From a candidate division WOR-3 bacterium (GTDB taxonomy: Bacteria; Hydrothermota; Tepidihabitantia; B3-TA06): 21,284 bases of DNA. The notes beneath the pieces are model-generated. The model made no database searches, was not told the DNA's origin, and saw only the letters and a program-made list of their open reading frames with translations. The translations under genes and the position numbers were made by a program. The DNA is taken from positions 1 to 21,284 of the forward strand of contig CBFGKC010000025.1 of the NCBI GenBank assembly GCA_965649265.1, given 5' to 3'. Below are positions 15,384-21,284 of the stretch, piece after piece; the stretch's first letter is position 1, and every line of letters starts with the position of its first letter.

Positions 15384-15697
15384 AATACGTTCTCCCCGCC
15401 GCAGCGCTTGCAAACTCGAACTCTGCCTTCGCCGCGAAACTCGCGAGACATACGGCTCGGCTTTCCGCACTTGGGACAAACGAGGCCTACATTTGACCTG
15501 TCAATGAAAGCAGGCTTTTCTATGATGCCGCTGGGTTGTCCTTTGCCCTTGGTTCGCTGGTGCTTCTTTACCATGTTGATGCCCTCAATGAGAACACGGC
15601 CCTTGTCCTTGTCAACCTTAAGGACCTTGCCTTGTCTGCCCTTATCTTCGCCTGAAATGACCTCGACAAGGTCGCCCTTATGTATGGAGAGTCTCAT
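15380..15697 (-). CDS. rplX: 50S ribosomal protein L24 (with two CxxC motifs)
   Basis: I.KGD.V.VISG.DKG..GKVL, IEGIN..KKHQ, SNV.LVCPKC...RVCKRCG. Confidence 0.97.
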   Translation of the reverse strand: MRLSIHKGDLVEVISGEDKGRQGKVLKVDKDKGRVLIEGINMVKKHQRTKGKGQPSGIIEKPAFIDRSNVGLVCPKCGKPSRMSREFRGEGRVRVCKRCGGENVL

Positions 15698-16065
15698 TAA
15701 ACCACCTCCGGGGCAAGCGAGATTATTTTGGTAAAGTTGAATTCCCTAAGCTCGCGCGCTACGGGACCGAATATACGAGTTCCCTTGGGCTGCTTGTTTT
15801 CGTCGATGATAACGCACGCGTTGTCATCGAACCGAACGTAAGAACCATCTGGACGCGATATCTCCTTGCGCGTTCGAACTATGACAGCTTTGGCCTTTTC
15901 GCCTTTCTTGATCGAAGCGCTGGGCAGGGCGGATTTGACGGCTATGACGACGATATCGCCAACGCTTGCATAACGTCTGCGCGTACCACCCAGAACCTTT
16001 ATAACCCGGGCCAGTTTTGCTCCGGTGTTGTCACTTATAACAAGTCTTGAATTATCCTGAATCAT
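15697..16065 (-). CDS. rplN: 50S ribosomal protein L14
   Basis: MIQ..S.L...[43 protein letters not shown]. Confidence 0.99.
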   Translation of the reverse strand: MIQDNSRLVISDNTGAKLARVIKVLGGTRRRYASVGDIVVIAVKSALPSASIKKGEKAKAVIVRTRKEISRPDGSYVRFDDNACVIIDENKQPKGTRIFGPVARELREFNFTKIISLAPEVV

Positions 16066-16310
16066 TTCTCTTCACCCAGTATTCGAACCACGCGGAAGTG
16101 TTTGAGTTTTGACAAGGGGCGAGTCTCTTCTATTTCAACTCGATCGCCCTCTTTACACTTGCTCTCTTCGTCGTGGGCGTAGTATTTGTGGCGTTTATTG
16201 ACGTACTTTTTGTATCTGGTGTGAAGCTCCTTGCGAGTTACACTTACAACCACGGTTTTTTCGGGTTTGGAGGATACGACTTCGCCTATCAGCCTCTTAT
16301 GTTCGCCCAT
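16062..16310 (-). CDS. rpsQ: 30S ribosomal protein S17
   Basis: [33 protein letters not shown]. Confidence 0.98.
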   Translation of the reverse strand: MGEHKRLIGEVVSSKPEKTVVVSVTRKELHTRYKKYVNKRHKYYAHDEESKCKEGDRVEIEETRPLSKLKHFRVVRILGEEK

Positions 16311-16768
16311 TATCGAGTTCCTTTGGAGGCCTTTTTCGTGCCTTTCTTACCAGGCTCCGATTTGGCTTTCTTTTTGGGAGTCCCCTTGGAAGAAGCCGGC
16401 TTAGCAGCTTTTTTCGCAGGAGTTTTCTTTCCTGAAGTTTTTTTAGCGACGGCCTTCTTTGAAACTGGTTTCTTCTCGGATTCCTTTTTCACATGCTCTT
16501 CTTTCTTTTCAGCAGGTGCGGCTTCAGGCTTTTCAGCCTTCTTTGCCTCGCGCGCACTCTTACTGGGCAGTTTTATTATCCCCAGCTTGTCTTCTCTTAT
16601 CAAGGTCTCAATTCTTGCGATATCGCGGCGAATGGTGCGCAGACGCAAAGCATTAGGCAAATCCTCTGTAGGCCGACGCAACCTTAAACGGAACTCCTCC
16701 TCGCGAAGCTCGTTGAGTTCATGGTCAAGCTCTTCGCGAGTCATTGACTTGATTTCAGATGCCTTCAT
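16310..16768 (-). CDS. rpmC: 50S ribosomal protein L29 with long Lys/Ala/Pro-rich C-terminal extension
   Basis: MKASEI..M...EL...L.ELREE.F.LR...RRDIARI.T core, in its syntenic position, followed by a ~85-aa low-complexity tail. Confidence 0.95.
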   Translation of the reverse strand: MKASEIKSMTREELDHELNELREEEFRLRLRRPTEDLPNALRLRTIRRDIARIETLIREDKLGIIKLPSKSAREAKKAEKPEAAPAEKKEEHVKKESEKKPVSKKAVAKKTSGKKTPAKKAAKPASSKGTPKKKAKSEPGKKGTKKASKGTR

Positions 16769-17186
16769 AGTGAATTCCTTCTTCGCGCTTTACTACCTTG
16801 GTTCTGAGAGGCAGTTTGCTCGCCGCCTCTTTCAGGACGGCCTTCGCCGCCTCGTCCGTCAAACCGTCAAGTTCGAAAAGAATCCTTCCGGGCTTGATGA
16901 CGGCAACCCAGAACTCCGGAGCACCCTTACCTTTACCCATTCTGGTTTCGGCAGGTTTCTTGGAGACGGGCTTGTCGGGGAAGACCCTAATCCATAATTT
17001 TCCGTTCTTACGAAGTTTCTTGGCCAGAACAATACGGCTGGCCTCGATTTGACGAGAAGTCAACCAGCAAGGCTCCGTTGCCATGAGACCGAAGTCTCCG
17101 AATGCGATTGTGGAACCTGCCGTTGCTTTGCCCGTCATGCGGCCACGGTGCTGCTTGCGCCATTTTGTACGTTTAGGCATCAACAT
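16755..17186 (-). CDS. rplP: 50S ribosomal protein L16
   Basis: [43 protein letters not shown]. Confidence 0.99.
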   Translation of the reverse strand: MLMPKRTKWRKQHRGRMTGKATAGSTIAFGDFGLMATEPCWLTSRQIEASRIVLAKKLRKNGKLWIRVFPDKPVSKKPAETRMGKGKGAPEFWVAVIKPGRILFELDGLTDEAAKAVLKEAASKLPLRTKVVKREEGIHYEGI

Positions 17187-17189
17187 AGC

Positions 17190-17828
17190 TTACTTCCTCC
17201 AGGTCTCGGCAACGCCGCCTTTGTATATCCAAACTTTGACGCCCACAGTACCGGCTATGGTGTAAGCTGTCTCCTGAGCGTAATCGATATCGGCTGCAAG
17301 GGTCTGAAGAGGAACCTGTCCCTCTTTGTACCATTCTCGGCGGGCTATCTCTGCACCGCCGAGACGGCCTGCGACGGCAACCTTGATTCCTCGAGCGCCG
17401 AGTTTCATCGCCTGCATCGTTGCACGTCGCATCGCTCTGCGGTGGGCTACGCGAGCCTCAAGCTGTGTAGCAATGGTGCGAGCCACGATGCGCGCCTCAA
17501 GCTCGGGAACACGAACCACCTCGACGTAAACGTTGACGGGCTTGCCCGTAAGCTGCTTGAGCTCTTCACTCAAGACCTCGAGGTTGGCTCGTTTCTGTCC
17601 AATAACCATGCCCGGCCTTGCCGTGGATATCGTGACCGCGGTTTTTGTGCCTACGCGGCGAACAACAACGTTTGAAACCGCCGCGTCGGAGAGCTTGGTG
17701 TAAATATAACGCTTAATACGAATATCTTCGGCAAGATGTTCGGAATAGTTCGTCTCGTCGAACCAGTGAGACTGCCATTCTTTCGTATAACCTAATCTGA
17801 AGCCGTGTGGATGAACCTTCTGTCCCAT
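17190..17828 (-). CDS. rpsC: 30S ribosomal protein S3
   Basis: [53 protein letters not shown]. Confidence 0.99.
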   Translation of the reverse strand: MGQKVHPHGFRLGYTKEWQSHWFDETNYSEHLAEDIRIKRYIYTKLSDAAVSNVVVRRVGTKTAVTISTARPGMVIGQKRANLEVLSEELKQLTGKPVNVYVEVVRVPELEARIVARTIATQLEARVAHRRAMRRATMQAMKLGARGIKVAVAGRLGGAEIARREWYKEGQVPLQTLAADIDYAQETAYTIAGTVGVKVWIYKGGVAETWRK

Positions 17829-18184
17829 TATGAATTCCTCTTCTCATCTGAGATCTTTAGTGTTAGATGCGCGAATCTCTTGCGGATTATCATCCCGCGG
17901 CCTCTAGGCGCGGCTCGCATTCTTTTCATTATCGGGCCTGTATCCGCTCTCGCATCAACAACAAAGAAACGCTCGCGGTCGAAACGTACTTTACCCATCT
18001 TCGATTCCACGTTCGAAATGGCCGCGCGCAGTGTCTTTAAAACGGGTTCCTTCGTGGGCTTGTTAAGGAAAGTAAGGATGTTCAAAGCATCGTCAATCTT
18101 CTTACCGCGTATGAGTTCGAGTATCTGCCCGTATTTGCGCGAGGATCCGCGAATAAATTTAGCTCTTGCAACTGCTTCGCTCAT
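17828..18184 (-). CDS. rplV: 50S ribosomal protein L22
   Basis: A.A.AKFIR.S.RK....ELIRGK...AL.IL, D.GP.MKR....RGR...IRKR..H.T. Confidence 0.96.
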   Translation of the reverse strand: MSEAVARAKFIRGSSRKYGQILELIRGKKIDDALNILTFLNKPTKEPVLKTLRAAISNVESKMGKVRFDRERFFVVDARADTGPIMKRMRAAPRGRGMIIRKRFAHLTLKISDEKRNS

Positions 18185-18474
18185 TTCTTCTTTCCTTCTT
18201 CTGCGGTACCCTCTTTCTTCCCTCCGTGACCGCGATAGGTCCTGGTGGGAGAAAATTCACCGAGTTTGTGGCCGACCATTTGTTCGGTGACGTATACGGG
18301 AATAAACTTGCGGCCGTTGTGAACCGCTATTGTGTGACCGACAAATTCCGGCGGAATGGTGGAACGTCTGGCCCACGTACGAATTACTTTCTTCTGCTTA
18401 CGCACGTCGAGGCCCGTCACTTTCTTTAGGAGTTTTTCATCCACGTAGGGGCCTTTTTTAAGCGAGCGTCCCAC
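18181..18474 (-). CDS. rpsS: 30S ribosomal protein S19
   Basis: [40 protein letters not shown]; GTG start. Confidence 0.99.
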   Translation of the reverse strand: MGRSLKKGPYVDEKLLKKVTGLDVRKQKKVIRTWARRSTIPPEFVGHTIAVHNGRKFIPVYVTEQMVGHKLGEFSPTRTYRGHGGKKEGTAEEGKKK

Positions 18475-19313
18475 TACTTCCTCCTTTTTACTATCAAGCG
18501 GGTTGAAGCCTTGTTCCTGTCGCGGGTCTTTTTACCCTTGGCTATCAAACCTTTTCTAGAGCATGGCGGTCTGCCGCCGGACGCCTTACCCTCGCCGCCG
18601 CCCATGGGGTGGTCGTGAGGGTTCATGGCTACAGCTCTGGTTCGAGGTCTTATGCCCATGTGGCGCTTCCTGCCGGCCTTTCCGATACTGACCTTGCCGT
18701 GTTCCGGGTTGGATACCCGCCCCACGGTGGCAAAACATGAGATATTGAAAAGCCTCACTTCACCCGAAGGAAGCTTTACGAAAGCCTGCTTGCCTTCTTT
18801 TGCCAGTATCTGCGCGGATGAACCCGCACTGCGTACCATGCGGCCACGAGTCTGGGGGAATATTTGCAGGTTGTGGATTTCGATGCCGACCGGTATCTTG
18901 GCCAGGGGCATTGAATTTCCGGCCTTAAGGGGGGCCTCCAGGGCGGATATTATTTCAGTTCCCTTGCTGAGACCGTCCGGGGCCAGGATGTAGCGATATT
19001 CGCCGTCGGGATAGCTCACGAGAGCTATATTGGCGGTTCTGTTGGGGTCGTATTGAATCGAGACTACCTTGCCCGGAATGTTGTGCTTGTCGCGCTTGAA
19101 ATCTATTATTCGATAGTGACGTTTTTCGCCGCCACCTCTGCGAGGCGCGGTGATCCGACCGGTATTGTTGCGTCCGCCTTTCTTTCTTAAGGTCTCAAGC
19201 AGCGGCTCATAGGGCTTTTCGCCCGAAACTTGCTTGTCGTATAAAACCTCGTAGAAGCGCCTTGCCGGCGTGATCGGCTTGAATTTCTTTATTCTGGAAA
19301 TCACGCGAGCCAT
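18474..19313 (-). CDS. rplB: 50S ribosomal protein L2
   Basis: [55 protein letters not shown]. Confidence 0.99.
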   Translation of the reverse strand: MARVISRIKKFKPITPARRFYEVLYDKQVSGEKPYEPLLETLRKKGGRNNTGRITAPRRGGGEKRHYRIIDFKRDKHNIPGKVVSIQYDPNRTANIALVSYPDGEYRYILAPDGLSKGTEIISALEAPLKAGNSMPLAKIPVGIEIHNLQIFPQTRGRMVRSAGSSAQILAKEGKQAFVKLPSGEVRLFNISCFATVGRVSNPEHGKVSIGKAGRKRHMGIRPRTRAVAMNPHDHPMGGGEGKASGGRPPCSRKGLIAKGKKTRDRNKASTRLIVKRRK

Positions 19314-19606
19314 CAGGCACCTCCTACAAGCTCTTCGATTCGTTCGCCTTTTGCAAGAGTCACCACGGCTTTTTTCCAGTCCGGTCTCTTGCCTTCAAAA
19401 CGACCGAGTTTCTTCAACTTGCCTTTGACTTTCATGATATTGACACTCTTCACGTGCACATGGAAAAGATTCTCGACGGCCCTGCGAACGTCAAGCTTTG
19501 TAGAGCTTGTGTCCACGGAAAATAAATACTGACCCTTTTCGTCACGCGCGAGAAGCGACTTTTCAGTTACGATGGGATGACGTATGATCAATCTTGGATC
19601 TTTCAT
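19313..19606 (-). CDS. rplW: 50S ribosomal protein L23
   Basis: II.HPIVTEKS, Y.F.V....TK.DV..AVE.LF.V.V.SVN, WKKA.VTL..G; start ATG 19606. Confidence 0.97.
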   Translation of the reverse strand: MKDPRLIIRHPIVTEKSLLARDEKGQYLFSVDTSSTKLDVRRAVENLFHVHVKSVNIMKVKGKLKKLGRFEGKRPDWKKAVVTLAKGERIEELVGGA

Positions 19607-20229
19607 TTCCACCTCGCTATAAGGGGCTCGCACGCCGACCTGAAAAGAACCAGTTTTCTCGGCTGCCAGACTGAGTACGCATTGAGATCCTTTTCCGTGA
19701 CTATATTGAGAGCTTGGATGTTGCGTCCGGCCCTCTGAAGATCCTGCGATGACGCACTCGGAACCAGCAACAGGGAAACGTTATTGCGCTCACGTAGGTT
19801 CTTCAGCGCCAGTGCAACGTGTTTTGTCTTGGCTTCGGGAAGGGAAATATCCTCTATTATGAGTAGATTGCCTCGCTGAAGCTTTTGTTTCAACGCCTCC
19901 AGCAGCGCCTTCGAGCGAACGGCCTGCGGCAAGCTCTTGCGGAAGCTTTTGGGCTCCGGTCCATGAACGACGCCGCCGTGCACACGAGTGGGTGAACGCA
20001 GAGAACCTGCGCGGGCGCGTCCAAGGTGCTTTTGAGGAAAGAGCTTCTTTTTTGCTCCCTCCACCTCTGAACGGGTCTTGGCCTTTGCAGTGCCCTGGCG
20101 TTTGTTGGCTCTGTAAGCCTCAATGGCCTCCCAGAGAATCGTTTCATTCACAGGCGTAGCGAATATCTCATCTGGAAATTCTACTGTCCCGGAAGCCGAA
20201 CCGTCTTGCTTTAAAACATTGAGCTTCAT
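19603..20229 (-). CDS. rplD: 50S ribosomal protein L4
   Basis: RQGTAKAKTRSEV.G..KK...QK..GRARAGS.RSP....GG..HGP.P. Confidence 0.97.
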   Translation of the reverse strand: MKLNVLKQDGSASGTVEFPDEIFATPVNETILWEAIEAYRANKRQGTAKAKTRSEVEGAKKKLFPQKHLGRARAGSLRSPTRVHGGVVHGPEPKSFRKSLPQAVRSKALLEALKQKLQRGNLLIIEDISLPEAKTKHVALALKNLRERNNVSLLLVPSASSQDLQRAGRNIQALNIVTEKDLNAYSVWQPRKLVLFRSACEPLIARWK

Positions 20230-20846
20230 TTCCCCACCTTTCTTATGAGTAAAACCCCTCCGGTGGGTCCGGGAACCGAACCTTTAAGATAAAGCAGATT
20301 GCGCTCCGCGTCAATCTTGACGACCCGAAGATTGTGAATCGTCATATGCTCGTTTCCGTAATGTCCTGGCATCCTGTGACCTTTCAATACACGGCCCGGT
20401 GTGGTTGTTTGACCGTTGGAACCAATTCTGCGGTGGTGGTTCGAACCGTGCGTTTCAGGTCCACCGTGCCAACCGTGACGCTTTATTCCTCCGGCAAATC
20501 CGCGACCTTTCGTCCAGCCAATAACGTCCACCTTATCTCCAGGTTCAAGTAGGCCCGCATCAAGCTTCATTCCGGCCTTGACATCTCCGTCGAATTCTCC
20601 CTTAAGTTCCATTATCTTCAAAGGAGTATGTTCGAGTCCTGCTTTCTTAAGGTGTCCGCGCAGAGGCTTGGTTACGCGCTTGCGGCGGCTTATGCCCAAC
20701 TGCACTGCGGCATAACCGTCATTGGCAACGGTCTTCGCCTGGATGATATAGCAGTCATCCACGTCGACAAGGGTGACCGGGGTCACCTTGCGGCCGTCTT
20801 CGTAAACTCTCGACATTCCGAGTTTACGTCCAAGCATTCCTTTCAT
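20226..20846 (-). CDS. rplC: 50S ribosomal protein L3
   Basis: G.LG.KLGM, PVT, DGY.AVQLG, VDV.G..KGRGF.G.IKRH, THGS..HR..GS.G, PGRV.KG..MPG. Confidence 0.99.
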   Translation of the reverse strand: MKGMLGRKLGMSRVYEDGRKVTPVTLVDVDDCYIIQAKTVANDGYAAVQLGISRRKRVTKPLRGHLKKAGLEHTPLKIMELKGEFDGDVKAGMKLDAGLLEPGDKVDVIGWTKGRGFAGGIKRHGWHGGPETHGSNHHRRIGSNGQTTTPGRVLKGHRMPGHYGNEHMTIHNLRVVKIDAERNLLYLKGSVPGPTGGVLLIRKVGK

Positions 20847-20892
20847 GTATTTTTCCTAATCCTTCAGTTTAACACCCGGATTTTATTCCGGG

Positions 20893-21210
20893 TCAGCCTT
20901 TAACAGAGTGTATCTCGATTTCGACACCGGCGGGAACCTCGAGACGCATAAGCGCATCGACCATTTCGGAAGTGGCCTCGCCGATCTCTATCAGGCGCTT
21001 GTGCACCTTGAATTCAAATTGCTCGCGGCTGCGCTTATCGATGTGCGGTGAGCGCAAAACCGTATAAAGCGAACGGCGCGTAGGCAAAGGTATGGGTCCT
21101 GAAACCTTTGCGCCGGTGCGCTTGGCTATGTCGACTATATCCTTGGCCGATTGGTCAAGAATTCTGTAATCGTAAGCTTTGAGCTTTATTCTGATCTTTT
21201 CAATATCCAT
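20893..21210 (-). CDS. rpsJ: 30S ribosomal protein S10
   Basis: [10 protein letters not shown]...[28 protein letters not shown]...HKRLI. Confidence 0.99.
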   Translation of the reverse strand: MDIEKIRIKLKAYDYRILDQSAKDIVDIAKRTGAKVSGPIPLPTRRSLYTVLRSPHIDKRSREQFEFKVHKRLIEIGEATSEMVDALMRLEVPAGVEIEIHSVKG

Positions 21211-21284
21211 TATTCAATTACCTTTGTGACGACTCCGGCGCCGACGGTGCGTCCACCCTCGCGGATGGCGAAGCGGGAGCCTTC
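21210..21284 (-). CDS. tuf: Elongation factor Tu, C-terminal 24 aa (partial; runs off the window)
   Basis: Manual translation [24 protein letters not shown]; TAATG overlap with the rpsJ start. Confidence 0.97.
   Translation of the reverse strand, partial: EGSRFAIREGGRTVGAGVVTKVIE

Noticed and set aside
14898-15734. 278-aa plus-strand ORF
   Set aside because: Antisense shadow of rplE/rplX with no domain signal
16173-16997. 274-aa Phe-rich plus-strand ORF
   Set aside because: Antisense of rpsQ/rpmC/rplP; the Phe richness mirrors Lys codons in the L29 tail
6661-19633. ORF-track N-terminal extensions of rplQ, rpsD, rpmD, rpsE, rplF, rpsH, rpsN, rplE and rplW
   Set aside because: Longest-ORF artefacts overlapping upstream genes; downstream starts match family N-termini and SD or overlap patterns
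1-21284. tRNA, rRNA, integrase or transposase genes
   Set aside because: None recognised; intergenic gaps outside 1-375 and 937-1590 are too short, and those two regions show no cloverleaf or rRNA motifs

Overview
Bacterial chromosomal window in which every credible gene is on the minus strand. Positions 21284 to 6109 hold the 3' end of tuf and a complete, canonical S10-spc-alpha ribosomal superoperon (rpsJ to rplQ, with secY, adk, map, infA, an rpmJ missing from the ORF track, and rpoA). Tightly coupled to rplQ are panD, a C-terminally truncated glmU-like nucleotidyltransferase, a membrane-anchored LytR_C protein with no ordinary start codon, and rsfS. A probable second unit follows: PTS IIA-like protein, short C4 zinc-ribbon protein, DUF192 lipoprotein, and archaeal-looking hypB-hypA with no hydrogenase genes in view. 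The left end is an AT-rich accessory patch. It contains a stand-alone small GIY-YIG nuclease preceded by two inverted, covarying palindromic repeats (REP/REPIN-like), a YdeI/OmdA-family gene, and a non-coding region where two 34-bp repeats of 11-12-mers flank a perfect DnaA box. The best candidate for an undescribed system is the GIY-YIG plus paired-palindrome cassette. The organism looks like a deep-branching, possibly FCB-related uncultured lineage; this is inferred from protein style only. All family assignments come from motif recognition by eye, not database searches.
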